A DNA stretch of 64,000 bases, taken from the NCBI GenBank assembly GCA_977017645.1, contig OZ360219.1, forward strand, positions 211,358,001 to 211,422,000, written 5' to 3'. Both the position numbers and the translations under genes were made by a program. Every line of letters starts with the position of its first letter. The stretch's first letter is position 1. Shown piece by piece: positions 36,145 to 49,838 of this stretch. The stretch comes from Torpedo marmorata (taxonomy: Eukaryota). The notes beneath the pieces were generated by a model that saw nothing but the letters and a program-made list of their open reading frames with translations, made no database searches and was not told the origin of the DNA.

Positions 36145-36780
36145 GTGTTAAGAAGGTGTAATGTGTGTTGGCCTTCTTTAATCATTGGATTGATTTCAAG
36201 AGCTGCAAGGTAATGTTGCAGCTTTATAAGACCTTAGTTTGTCCACACTTGAAATATTGTGTGCAGTTCTGGTCACAGGAAGGATGTGGATGCGCTAGAG
36301 AGGGTGCAGAGTAGATTTATAATGATGTTGCCTGGATTGGAGAGCATGCCTTGTGAGGATAGGTTGAATGAACTTGGTCTTTTTTACTTGGAGCGATGGA
36401 GGATGAGGGTGACCTGATAGAGGTGCATAACATGAGGAGAAGCATTGATTGTGTGGATGGCCAGAGGCTTTTTCCCAGGGCTGAAATGGCTAACTTGAGG
36501 GGGCCCAGTTTTAAAGGTGCTTGGGAGCAAGTACAGGGAGCATGTAAGAGGTATGTTTTCAACACAGAGAGTGGTGGGTGCATGGAATAAGCTGCTGGCA
36601 ATGGTGGTGGAGGCAGGTAAAATAGGATCTTTGAAGAGACAATAAGATAGATAATGGAACTGAGGAAAATGGAGGATTATGTAGTAGAAGCATTCCAAGC
36701 AGTTGTTAGTGTAAGTTATGAGGTCGGCAAAACACTGTTGACTGAAGGGCCTGTACTGTGCTGCAGATTTCTATGTTATC
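36145..36780 (+). mobile_element. Degraded CR1 LINE 3' fragment
   Basis: LYKTLV.PHLKYCVQFWS...LERVQSRF and RGDLIEV remnants; CR1-type 3'UTR GAAGGGCCTGTACTGTGCTG. Confidence 0.8.
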
Positions 36781-37602
36781 TGTACATGAATGCTGGTGAT
36801 CTCAGTCAAATGCATGTGGCTGCACTTACTGCACCAGCCATGACTGGGCCTGCCTTTCCAGCCTTTCAGAACTTACAGAGCATTGCTGGACAATGGTGGG
36901 ACCTCAAACAGAGCGAGTCACCAGTTACATCATCCGAGCTTCAGCGATCTCCTGAAGTCTGTGCTACAGTGCACAGGCATGAACTTCTGGAATGCTCGGC
37001 CACGGGATCTGCAGCTTGCCGGTTGTTTTCCACCGACTCTATCAACATGTTCCAGGCAAATGGAATGAATTGTAGAGGAGGCAACAGCTCACTGATCCAA
37101 CTGTATCAGATCTCTGGTTCTAACATTCAGACCTGAATTTGTCAAGAATTGGCTTAATGGAGTATTTGGCTTTGATATAGGCAGGGTTCAGGAGACTAAC
37201 TCATGGTATAAATCTTTTAAGGACATTCAGAATTATTTTCTGCAACAAGAAGGTGTACAATATACTTTGGGTTTTTTTTGTAATATTTTATTTATCATTT
37301 TAAATATATTTAACAATCAACAATTATACAAAATACAAAACATCAAGAGAACCCATCCCTCCACACCCCCCCCCTCAAAATAAGTCCTATTAAACAGAGA
37401 AAGAACGGAGAAAAAGAAACAAAAAAAGAGCATCCCATTGTCAGTGCGTACAGTAAAACATATGGAGACATGATAATATCACAATGTTAAAATCTTTACA
37501 GAGGTCTACTGGCTAGCCAGTAGCGATCGTAACCCTATGATGGCACCAGTGAGGTACCTATATGTTCTAAATAAGGCTGCCAGATTTTTAGGAAGGTGTT
37601 AT

Positions 37603-40600
37603 TGATAGGCCTATCAATAAGCACTCAAAAGACTGAGTGGGAACGAACCATAGGCTTTTATTATCATTAAACACAGCTACAGTCGACCTGCAGATCTGAT
37701 CCCGGACTGTGGGCGGGACGGTGGCACAATGGCCTTTATTCAGGTGAGGAAGGGGGAGGGATTACCGGACACCCAGGGGAGGGGGAGGAGACACCGGGAC
37801 AGACCGCAGGACATACTCATACTACACAATATACCTAAACAATGGTTTACCACATTCACCCCTCCTTTTTAAAAGAGTCCAGTGGGGTGACGTGACCACA
37901 GTGACAATTTTACAGAAAACAGATATTTACATGCAATTTTACAGGTCAAGGCGATCCGGTGGTCTGATTCGCCGCTGCGACCTGCGCAGTCCTTGTGGTG
38001 ACGGGGCGGGTTGTGGTGATGGGGGAGATGGCAGGATTGTCTGTGAGGTCGCCTCCTGCCTGGCTTCTTGGAGTGTATTTGGTCCCGGCGAGGGTGCTGG
38101 GTCTGACGTGCTGGAAGGGGGATTGGGGAGGGGTTGCAGCAAGTGGTCTTGCCCGTCGGGAGTTCTTCCGGTGCTCCAGCGTGCGCCAGGTCACGAATTG
38201 ACACCGTGTCCTCTCGCCCATCAGGGAAGACCACGTAGGCATACTGCGGGTTAGCGTGCGCTAACTGCACCCTCTGGACCGTCGGCTCATATTTGCTGCT
38301 CCGAAGGTGGTTGCGGAGCAGCACTGGTCCCGGGGACGTCAGCCAGGCAGGTAGGGTGGTTCCGGTGTTCGACTTCCTGGGGAAGGAGAAAAGTCGTTCG
38401 TGAGGGGTTGCATTTGTGGACGTGCACAGCAGGGACCGGATAGAGTGGAGGGCTTCGGGGAGGACATCTTGCCAGCGGGAGACTGGCAGTCCCCTGGACT
38501 TGAGAGCCAGGAGCGCGGCCTTCCAGACAGTAGCGTTCTCCCTTTCCACCTGTCCATTTCCCCGGGGGTTGTACCCTGTGGTCCTACTAGTGGCGATGCC
38601 TCGGGTCAGTAGGTACTGTCGCAGCTCCTCACTCATAAAAGCTGATCCCCGGTCGCTATGTATATAGTTCGGGAAACCTAACAGCGTAAATACCTGGCGA
38701 AGAGCTTTTATGGTTGAGGTAGCCGAAGTGTCGGGACAGGGGATGGCAAAGGGGAACCGCGAGTACTCATCAATAATATTCAGAAAGTACACATTGCGGT
38801 TCGTGGAGGGAAGGGGGCCCTTGAAGTCAATGCTGAGACGTTCAAAAGGGCGGGTGGCTTTGACCAGCTGTGCCTTGTCGGGGCGGTAGAACTGAGGTTT
38901 GCACTCCGCGCAAACCCACAACTGCTGATCATTGTCCTGACCTCTTCCAGGGAGTATGGCAGGTTCCGTGACTTAACGAAATGAAAGAGCCTGGTAACTC
39001 CTGGGTGGCAGAGGTAGTCATGTAGGGCGCATAATCAGTCGATCTGCGCGCTGGCGCATGATCCCCGGGATAGAGCATCGGAGGGCTCATTGAGCTTCCC
39101 GGGCCGGTAAAGGATGTCGTAATTGTAGGTGGAGAGTTCTATTCTCCACCTCATGATCTTGTCATTTTTGATCTTACCCCACTGCTGATTGTTGAACATA
39201 AACGCCACCGAGCGTTGATCTGTCAGCAGGGTAAAATGCTTACCGGCGAGATAGTGCCTCCAGTGCCTGATGGCTTCCACTATGGCCTGGGCTTCCTTCT
39301 CCACCGCGGAGTGCCGAATTTCGGGGCCTTGGAGGGTCCGTGAGAAAAACGCCACCGGCCTTCCCGCCTGGTTGAGGGTAGCAGCCAGCGCGAAGTCCGA
39401 TGCGTCGCTCTCTACCTGAAAAGGTGTCTCTTCATCCACCGCGTGCATTGTTGCTCGTGCAATGTCCCCTTTTATAAGGTCAAACGCCTTACGCCCCTCC
39501 GAAGCAAGGGGAAATGTGGTGGATTTCACAAGGGGTCGGGCCTTATCCGCATAATTGGGAACCCACTGTGCATAGTATGAGAAGAACCCGAGGCATCGTT
39601 TAAGGGCTTAAGGGGTGGAGGGAAGTGGAAGTTCCAGCAGGGGCCGCATGCGGTCGGGGTCGGGTCCAATCACCCCGTTCTCTACCACATACCCCAAAAT
39701 AGCAAGGCGAGTGGTACCAAACATGCATTTATCTTTATTATACGTGAGGTTTAATGCTTTGGCCGCCTGCAGGAACCTCCGGAGGTTGTTGTCGTGGTCC
39801 TGACGATCATGACCACAGATGGTAATGTCATCCAGGTATGGAAAAGTGGCCTTGAGTTTATAGTGATCCACAATCCTGTCCATCTCCCGCTGGAATACTG
39901 ACACACCATTAGTGACCCCGAAAGGAACACGCAGGAAATGGAACAGCCTGCCATCCGCCTCGAACGCAGTGTATGGGCGGTCCTCCCTTCGGATAGGGAG
40001 CTGGTGGTATGCCGATTTTAGGTCTATCGTTGAGAAAAACCTATACTGGGCAATTTGATTTACTATATCCGCTATTCGTGGTAGCGGATATGCGTCCAGC
40101 TGCGTGAATCGGTTGATGGTTTGGCTGTAGTCCACCACCATCCTACTCTTGGCCCCTTTTACTACGACTACCTGGGCTCTCCAGGGGCTATTACTTCTCT
40201 CAATAATCCCCTCCTGTAATAACCGCTGCACCTCCGTCTTGATAAACGCCCTGTCCCCCGCACTGTATCGCCTGCTCTTGGTTGCCACAGGCTTACAGTC
40301 AGGGGTCAGGTTGGCGAATAGCGACGGGGGCGAGATCTTAAGGGTGGAGAGGCCACAGGTAGTCTGGGGCATGTTGTTCAGGAACTGGTGGTTCGCTACA
40401 GTGATCGCAGGGTGGGGACCGTCATACCGCATCGTGACACTCCGTAAGTGGCTCTGAAAGTCAAGACCCAGTAATACCGGCGCACATAAACGATTCATAA
40501 TAAATAAGGAGAATTGCCGATACTCTGTCCCTTGTACCACAATATTCGCCACACAAGCCCCCCGGATGTCTGTTGTGTGTGACCCAGACGCCATGGCCAC

Positions 40601-42102
40601 CCTCTGGCTTACCGGTATGGTAGTCAGGCCACAGCGCTGAACAGTGTCTGGGTGAATAAAACTCTCCGTGCTGCCAGTATCAAAAAGACAAGTGGTTTTG
40701 TGCCCCTCCACCAGGATGTCCATCATGGATCGCGACAGCTGGTGGGGAACACTCTGGTCGAGGGTGACTGATGCTAAGGTCGGGATGTAGTCATCTTGAT
40801 CCGCAGTTGTTAAAGATGGCTGCTCCCGTGGGTTGCACATGTCGCTGCCGCTCGCACTGCAAGATGGCGGCGGTGGAAGTGCCGGAAGTACCGACGTAGG
40901 GCTATAAGATGGTGGCGCCGGAAGTGCCAGCATCAAAGATGGCCGCCTCCACTCTTCGCACGAGGTCGACGCCGGAAGTGAAAGCAGGTAAGATGGCCGC
41001 TCCCGCATCTCGCACGCAGCGCTACTCGGACCCGCGCATGACTTGGAGCGGCAGGCCTTCGCATAATGGCCTTTCTTGCCGCAGCTGGAGCAAGTCGCGT
41101 CACGGGCCGGGCAGCGTTTCCTTTGGTGCTTGTCGAGCCCACAGAAGTAGCACTTCTCGGGCTCGCAGTTAACAGCTGCGGCGGTGAGAATAGCGGCGGT
41201 AGCGATCGGGTCGCGGCAAACGGCGGCGGCAGTCAGATCGCTGGCAGGGCTAGGGGACGGGGCTGACCACGTTGCAGGCTGGGGGTCGCGCGCCTGCATG
41301 GCGTCCGAGTTCCGCAGCGCGGCCTCCAGCATGTGGGCCATTGAGACAGCAGTACGGAGGTTCAGGTCGGCGTGCTCCAGCAGCCTCTGGCGCACGTATA
41401 CCGACCTGATCCCCATGATAAACGTGTCCCTCTCCAGCAATTCGACGTTTTCCTCAGCAGTCAGCGCCTTACAGTCGCACGCTCGTACCAGCGACTGTAT
41501 GTCCCTGACAAACTCCACGATCGACTCCCCGGCCCGCTGTTTTCGCGTAGAAAGTCGGTACCTCGCGTAGACCGCGTTAACAGGCGTCACGTAGATTCTC
41601 TTCAGCGCATCCATCGCCTCCGTGTAGGTTTTACAGTCCCGAACTGTCGAGAATAACCGAGGGCTTACCCTGGACACGAGGACCCTTAGTTTCTGCTCCT
41701 CGCTTTCCGCTTTGATCGTCATCATAAAGGACTCGAGACAGTGTAGCCAGTGTTCAAAAGAGTTACCGGCATCAGGAGCTAGATGATCGATGTCCAGTCG
41801 GTCCGGTCTTAGAGTGCTCTCCATCAGATTTTAAATGATAATAAAATTGATAGGCCTATCAATAAGCACTCAAAAGACTATGAGTGGGAACGAACCATAG
41901 GCTTTTATTATCATTAAACACAGCTACAGTCAACCTGCAGATCTGATCCCGGACTGTGGGCGGGACGGTGGCACAATGGCCTTTATTCAGGTGAGGAAGG
42001 GGGAGGGATTACCGGGACACCCAGGGGAGGGGGAGGAGACACCGGGACAGACCGCAGGACATACTCATACTACACAATATACCTAAACAGTGGTTTACCA
42101 CA
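37603..42102 (-). mobile_element. GC-rich Ty3/Gypsy LTR retrotransposon, nearly complete (gag-PR-RT-RH-IN with frameshifts)
   Basis: LTRs 37603-37854 and 41848-42102; exact TSD GTTAT; PPT AAAAGGAGGGGTGAA; LFDTGS, YPLP, DLKSAYHQ, YLDD, ESDASD and SIDFKGP/SDRG motifs. Confidence 0.95.
37869..41824 (-). pseudogene. Gag-Pol of the third Gypsy, split into 39608-41824, 39035-39529 and 37869-38921
   Basis: Domains are collinear across frameshifts near 39608, 39035 and 38925; these could be real or consensus errors. Confidence 0.88.
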
Positions 42103-43323
42103 GTTATATCCCTTCCTGAGATTGTATGTGACCTTTTCAAGTGGGATGCAGCTATTCATCTCTGAAGACCACCTATCCACGAGGAGATGGGAGTCAGATT
42201 TCCATGTCACTGCTATGCATTTCCTGGCCACACATAAGGCAATTTCTGTGAATTTAATTTAAGAATTAGTTAGCGATCTACCAACACTGGTAAAGTTCCC
42301 CAGAAGACAAAGCTCTGGGTCTACTGGGAAGATGACTCGCGTGATCTCGGTTAGGGTGTCACAAAGGTCATACCAGAAGGGCCTCACCTTCGTGCAAAGC
42401 CAGGTAGAATGTAAGAAGGAACCAACCTGTATACCATACCTAAAACACATCTCTGATAACTCAGGTTTATATTGGTGTAATTTCTGTGGGGTGAGGTATA
42501 GCTGATGGAGAAAATTATAATGGACCAATCTATACCTGGCATTGATAGTAGCCAACAAACTTCCCTGACATAGATCTGCCCAGAGTTGTTCATCAATTGT
42601 GTCTAAGTCTGACTCCCATCTCACCCTAGATTTATGCAAACCTGGCTTTGGGCTCTCACTCATCAATAAAAAGTTAATTCTAGAAATAAATTTATATACA
42701 TTTCCTTCATGGAGTAGTTTCTCCTTTTCAGTGAGTCCCGGTAGAGTCATTTCAGGGCCCAAATTGGCCCTAAGGAAGGATCGTAACTGGAGGTAACAAA
42801 AAAAGGTCTTATCGGACAAGTCATATGTCTTCTTCAGCTGTTCAAACGACATGAAAAGTCCTTTTTCATAACAATCTTCTAGACGTTGTATCCCCTTATG
42901 ATACCAGGTTTCCAAAATTTTATTGTTGAAAGCCATGGTTATAAGTTCATTTTGTCTTAAAGGTGTTTTCGGTGACAATCTTCTTTTCAGTCCAGAGCCT
43001 CCACAGGTCTCACACCATATTCTAACTAAGTGTTTTAAAATGGTGTTGTCTGTCCTGCTGGCTATAATTCTGGAATTCCTTTTATACATGAAATCATGAC
43101 ACACCTTCTCTTTTAGAGAGTGTAATCCAATTTGTACCCAGGAGGGGGTATCGTCCCCTTCAAAAAATGAAGAAATAAATTTCATTTGGGCCACCAAATA
43201 ATAATTTTTGAAACTAGGCAACCGGATGCCTCCTAATCTATAATCCCATGTTAACGTTTCCATGGATACTCTGGGAACTTTGCAGTTCCAGATAAATTGC
43301 CCAACACGCTTATTAAGGGTTTT

Positions 43324-44668
43324 TTTTAAAATATTTTATTTAAATTTTTTTTAAATCACACATTACATAATTTAAAATGCAAAATTATAAAATTACATGT
43401 GATGCATTTTCACTCCCTCCCTCCCTAACCCTCCCGAAAAGAAAGAAAGAAAGAAGAAAAAGATAAAGTAAGGAGAATGTCAATCTAAAAATGACTATAA
43501 GCTCATTTTATTGTGGAGCACAGGTTCGCCAGTCAGATCCGATATCCAGAGATCTTCAAATCCTTAAACCGACAGTTTTTATATATGGGCTCCATATTTT
43601 CAAAAAGAAATGATATTTATTACGTAAATTATAAGTAATTTTTTCAAGTGGTATACATGAACAAAGTTCTGCATGCCATCTTCTAACCCTAAATCTACAT
43701 CAGATTTCCATGTAATAGCAATACATTTCTTAAAAACAGCTAAAGCAATACATAAAAAATCTGTTTGATACATATTTAATTTCATCTTAATGCTAATTCT
43801 TTTAATATCTCCAAACAATAACATCATAGGATCCATTGGGAGTGTAATTCTTAATACTTTATCTAAAAACTTTTTAACTTTCAACCAAAAATCATATATC
43901 TTTGGACAAAACCATGTAGAATGTACAAAAGAACCTTCCTCTCTATTACATCTAAAACATAAACCGGATAATGTCAGATTAAATTTCTTTAATTTTTTAG
44001 GTGTTAAATATAATTGATGAAAAAATTATATTGCACTAATCTATATCTAACATTAATAATCTTCGTCATACTTTGTTTACATAATTCTTTCCAATGTTCT
44101 TCATCTATTGTTACATTCAAATCTGATTCCCAATTTAATCTTGATTTATGAATTCCTTGTTTAGGCATTTTCCTCTGTAACAATCTATACATTTGAGAAA
44201 TAAATTTATTTACACCTCCATTAGTAACTAATAATTCCAATTCACTCTGACTTGGTAAAGTCAAACTATAGCCCAACCTTTCAACTAAAAATGCTCTGAT
44301 TTGATAATAAGCAAAAAGTGTATTATTTGATACATTAAACTTATCTTTCATTCTTTGAAAAGTAATAAATTTACTAGCTTCAAAACAATCATTTATTTTC
44401 TTAATTCCCTTTTGGAACCAAATTTTAAATAATTGATTATCAACAGTAAATGGAATAAGTTTATTTTGATACAGAGGCATTTTTTGAGAAATTAGCCCTT
44501 TCGCTCCTATCTCTCTATCCACTCTATTCCATATTTCTAACAAATGTTTAAAAATAGGAGAGTTTTTCCCTCTTGCTAATAATAATTTAGAATTCCATTT
44601 ATAAATAACTTCTTCTTTCAAATCTTCTCCTATATTATTTAATTCTATTCTAATCCAAGCAGAAAATT
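43324..44668 (-). mobile_element. 5'-truncated L1 (related to copy A) inserted in the family C L1
   Basis: TSD ttattaagggtttt at 43310-43323 and 44669-44682, followed by AA (TTTT/AA endonuclease site). Confidence 0.92.
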
Positions 44669-46529
44669 TTATTAAGGGTTTTAAAAAAGGTTTGACGCAG
44701 TGAAATGGCCAAGGACTGGAAAAGGTACTGCAATTTTGGCAATATATTCATCTTTACACAGTTGACCCTGCCAATTAGAGTGATGGGAAAGTTCATCCAC
44801 CTACTCAAATCTTCTTCAATTTTACTAAGTAGCGGGAGGTCATTGAGTTTGTATAAATTCTGAAGATCATTATCCACCATTATTCCAAGGTATTTAATGC
44901 CTCCCGAGGGCCATTTGAATGGACTTGTTCGCTGGTACTCAGTGTGATCAAAATTTGTTAGTGGGATGATTTTACTTTTTCCCCAGTTTACCTTGTATCC
45001 TGAAACTTCGCCGTAAGCTTTTAATAGAATCTGTAATTTAGTAAGGGAATTAATCGGATCCGTTAAATACAGGATTACATCATCTGCCATAAGATTAATT
45101 TTGTGGTTTGTCTGACCCACCATAAAACCCTTTATCTCTGGGTCTTGTCTAATTGCCTCTTCCAGGGGCTCAATAGCCAATACAAAAAGTCCTAGAGATA
45201 AGGGGAAACCCTGTCGGCTCGATCTGCTCAAAGGGAATGCTGCCGAGATCTGTCCATTAGTGTTTAACATTAGAGTTTCAACAGTCTAGCTTCAAAGAAA
45301 CATATAAAGTGCTTGTAAACAAAAAAAACTCAAGTACAATACACTGCACACTTATAAAATTGAAAAAAAAACATTCTAAGAACTAAACAAAGATATTATG
45401 AACTGGGAGAAAAAGCACATAAAGTCTTATCCTGGCAATTGAGAGCAGAGGAGAGTTCAAGAACAATAAATTCAATTCAGTCTGAAATGGGCCCAGTTTC
45501 ACATAATCCAACAGAAATCAATGATACATTTAAACAGTTTTATACAAACTTATATAAATCAGAGTCCCCAGAAGACCTGACTAAGATTGATGACTTTTTA
45601 TCCACTATTGAACTACCCAAACTTGACCAAGAAGATCAAGCAAATTTGGACCTCCCCTTTACTTCAAAAGAAATTAAAAAAGCCTTGGGCTAACTACAGT
45701 CCAATAAATCACCAGGGGAGGACGGTTTCCCACCAGAATTTTATAGAGAATTTAAGGATCTACTTATACCCTTCATCATGGATGTAATTAACAGCATCTA
45801 AAACCCAAACTCTCCTTGAATCATTTTCTACTGCCATAATTACTGTGATTCATTAAAAAAAAAACAGGGACCCATTAAAATGCTCCTCATTTCGACCCAT
45901 TTCATTACTAAACTCAGATTACAAATTGATTTCTAAGGCCCTGGCTAACTTGCCGAAATTAATAAATCCAGACCAGAGCGGCTTTATTCTGAAACGCCAG
46001 TCAGCCAACAACCTATGTAGGCTCTTCAATATTATCCACTATGCAAAGTCTAAGGCTGAACCGAGTGTCGTTGTGGCTCTGGATTCTGCGAAAGCCTTTG
46101 ACAGGCTGGAATGGCCATATTTATTTAGAGTCTTGGCCAAGCTCGGATTTGGGCAACTGTTTCTTAATTGGGTTAAAACTCTTTATTACAGACCCAAAGC
46201 CAGGGTCGCCACTAATGGACAGATACGATATACTTTGTAAAGAGAAGTGATACACATCCAGTTAACTGGCTAACAGTGTTTGAATGTGATGGCCATAATA
46301 TGATGGTTTATGTTATTTGAAAAGGAGAAGCATAGAACACATGCTGAAGTTATAGATTTAGACAAGACTAATATAATAGAATGGGATGGCCTATTGGAGT
46401 CATAAACTAGGCAAAATGATCTTCTCTCAAAGGATCAGGAGTTTCGGAATTCTGCTTTCGGAATGTGACAGAAATGTTAACCACTGGAAATGTTGCACCT
46501 TGGAGGGAGGGAAATAAAAATGTGATACA

Positions 46530-46700
46530 CAGGAGACTGCAGATTCTGGAATCTGAAGCTCAGCACAACCTGCTGGATGAACTCAGCAGGTTGAGCAGCA
46601 TCAGTGGGAGAGAAAGAAAGTCTTGGGTTCAGGTTAAAACGTTGACCATTCTTTCTCTCTCACTGATGCTGCTTAACCTGCTGAGTTCCTCCAGCAGATT
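46530..46700. repeat. Fragment of an abundant interspersed repeat (related pieces at ~48665-48860, ~51830-52030, ~58750-59060 and ~63556-63740)
   Basis: Shared GAGACTGCAGAT.CTGGAATCT...GAACTCAGCAGG...GCAGCATC motif; family not securely assigned (possibly Penelope-like termini). Confidence 0.5.
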
Positions 46701-47753
46701 ATGTTTAGAGGTAGAAATGTGACACCCTGGAATATGCTTGGGCCAGTTTTTTTCAAGGCACTCTTTTTTCCTTTTCTGAATCCTCTGGCCAGTCTGCTCT
46801 CCCTTGGGTCCCTCTCCTGTTCTTGGTCACGTAGTAGGACGATCCATGGAGCTATCACAGTACTGGTACTAAATCAAAAAGATCTCCATATCCATGAAGC
46901 AGTCCTGAAACCAGTTCAGATGTTAGATACTATTTAATGTCATGTAATAAAACAGAAATGTAATATTACATGAAATTGCCTTTAGTCTGCCATAAGCTCC
47001 CGGAGCCTCCATAGCCACACAAGACTCCACTTCAGTTCAAACCATCAGCAAACTGAGCCCAGATCCAAACCTCCAACACGATAAGGAAGCCTTCAGGGCC
47101 CATCGGGAGCCCTCCTTGCCCTCAGCATACTCTCGAATCCCAGCCCCAACACGCGACTCTCACGAGCCAGCCTCCAGCAGCCCGCAGCCTGGCGCGAGAC
47201 CCTACATCTCAAGTCGCCAGCAGCACCAAAATCATGTGCATTGATTCAATACTGTAGATACCTTGCTTTGAATTTTGCAGGGAAATGTCAGCAATCTCTA
47301 ACAATCTACAACAGCTGGATTTCCTCATGAACAAAGGCCGGAGATTACAGCCTGCTCAAAGTTCCCAACTCTACTCCAGCACTGGATTCCTCATGGGTTC
47401 CAGTGATGGAGCAAGACATTGTAGTAATTCACAAATAATTTCCAGTGTGGAATTACACAAGCAACTTCCAGCAGATCAGAGTGTCTCAACAATCATTTCA
47501 ACCATGCAATTACTTTAAATATGATTTTTTTTTATTGTTTCAATTGTTTTTAATACTTCTATTTGTTTTAAGTTACTGAATGTCTGAAAAAAAAAACTAA
47601 GGGTTTGAAGAAATCTTGATTGGCTGGGTGCCAAAGATACTTTTCAACATTTTGTGGGTATGGCTTGCTCAGCCCTCGACAACATCCGAGCTCCTCCCAC
47701 CAACATTGCCATCCCATTACTCTTCGAACACCATCTAACACCCACAGTCTTTC

Positions 47754-47917
47754 NNNNNNNNNNNNNNNNNNNNNNNNNNNNNNNNNNNNNNNNNNNNNNN
47801 NNNNNNNNNNNNNNNNNNNNNNNNNNNNNNNNNNNNNNNNNNNNNNNNNNNNNNNNNNNNNNNNNNNNNNNNNNNNNNNNNNNNNNNNNNNNNNNNNNNN
47901 NNNNNNNNNNNNNNNNN
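47754..47917. other. Assembly gap
   Basis: Run of N. Confidence 1.
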
Positions 47918-48969
47918 TGGCAATGCAAGGGCCTCACATCGAGGAATCAAGTCTGCTTCAGGCAACTTCAGATTGGGAACTGCACTTAAGTGAATGGGAA
48001 CATTTTCAGGAATAATGATGAAGGTGGGGGTGGGGGTGGGGGGGGGCTCAGAGTCCACTGCAATTTCAGGGCCTTGTGAGCAGCCCCTGTAATTTTCCTT
48101 AGTAGAACTATCTGATAGAATTTCATAGGGAGGTTAGGAATTAAATTTTGCAACGTAATTCACCATACAGGTAAGTGCCAGTACAATTTTGTGAAGCCGT
48201 GCAAGGATGCTGTTTCCCTGGATCTGTGTGTTGCATGCCCTAATACAGATGGTGTAGCACTTAAAGCACAAGTACTAAATGGAATTTCTAACCCATTAAG
48301 CTTTCATCTTCAATTACTGTCAATAGTATATTTGAAATGCATAAAATATTGGTCAACAAGTAAGAGAGAAAAATAATTGATGTTCAGGTTAAAATTCCAT
48401 TAGTCCTCGGTTCTAAGATTTTATTCTCCCTGGCATCAGGTCAGTATTTAACCCTGAATCAATATCAATAAAATAGATTGATTGGGCTTGATCACTTTGC
48501 TATTCATGGCACCTTCTATTTGCAAGATACCTGCTGTGTTTTCAAGAATGTAACATTGGTTACAATTGAATAATTAGAATGATTCCCAATCATTTCTGTT
48601 TTATGGTGTAAATTAGTCAAAGATAATTTTTAAAGAAATTTTCACCAAATAAAAACATAGAACAGTAAAATCTGTAAACACAATGTTGGAGAAACTCAGC
48701 AGGTCAACCATTGTCCTTTATATAGCAAAGGTAAAAATACATGACCGACGTTTTGGGCTTCTGTGGAAAGGGACCAAAATTTCAGAGTGATGACCTTTTA
48801 TCAGGATTGACTTCTCTCTATACACATGCTATCTGACATGCTGAATTTTGAGCATTTTCTGTGTTTTATTGAATTAATTAAATTATGGAAATTGAACTAT
48901 ATCTGTAAATGTTTGTGAAACAAATAATTATGTATGCCTACACATAAATCTCTTTCTTTGTTTAAACAG

Positions 48970-49838
48970 GAAATATATTTGTTGTCAGCCTGGCCATTGC
49001 AGATCTTGTTGTGGCAATTTATCCATATCCAATGGTCTTGACATCAATATTTCATAATGGCTGGAACCTGGGTTATCTGCATTGCCAAATCAGTGGTTTC
49101 CTGATGGGTTTAAGTGTGATTGGATCAATTTTTAACATCACCGGCATCGCCATCAATCGATATTGCTACATCTGTCACAGTCTGAAGTATGACAAGCTCT
49201 ACAGTGACAAAAATTCTCTGTGCTTTGTGATCCTCATCTGGGCTCTGACGTTTATAGCAATCGTCCCAAATTTGTTCGTGGAATCTTTACAATACGATCC
49301 AAGAGTCTACTCATGCACTTTTGTGCAATCAGTGAGCTCTGCCTACACAGTATCAGTGGTGTTTTTTCACTTCATTCTTCCCATCTCCATTGTCACCTTC
49401 TGCTACCTGAGAATATGGGTCCTTGTCATCCAGGTGAGAAGACGAGTGAAGCCGGACGTGAGAGCCAAACTGAAGCCTCATGATCTGCGAAACTTTGTGA
49501 CCATGTTTGCAGTCTTTGTGCTCTTTGCTGTATGTTGGGCACCCCTTAATATTATTGGCCTCGCAGTCGCTGTGAATCCAGATACAATTGCGCCAAGAAT
49601 TCCAGAATGGCTATTTGTTGCCAGTTACTTCATGGCATATTTCAACAGCTGCCTTAACGCGATCATCTATGGACTTTTGAACCAGAATTTCAGGAGGGAG
49701 TACAAGAGGATTATTATCTCAGTTTGCACTGCAAGGATTTTCTTCCTTGAGAGTTCTAATGATGCTCCAGACAGAATTAAAAGTAAACCTTCTCCCGTAA
49801 TGACAAATAATAATCAAGTCAAGGTAGATTCAGTCTGA
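48970..49838 (+). CDS. MTNR1A: Melatonin receptor type 1A (Mel1a), coding exon 2 (TM2-TM7 and C-terminus)
   Basis: Polypyrimidine tract and acceptor tttaaacag at 48961-48969; exon reads (G)[20 protein letters not shown]; melatonin-receptor signatures [15 protein letters not shown] and NAIIY; Mel1a-type end [17 protein letters not shown]. The ORF-track GTG start at 49011 is not the real start. Confidence 0.96.

Larger units (their letters stand above)
37270..46223 (-). mobile_element. L1 (family C) with 5' inversion, interrupted by a Gypsy and another L1
   Basis: TSD tacaatatactttg (37256-37269) / tacgatatactttg (46224-46237); minus-strand ORF2 at 42108-43320 and 44669-45263; inverted plus-strand ORF2 piece ~45265-46223. 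Confidence 0.88.

Noticed and set aside
49220-49483. Alternate-frame ORF within MTNR1A
   Set aside because: Short overlapping frame with no supporting features.
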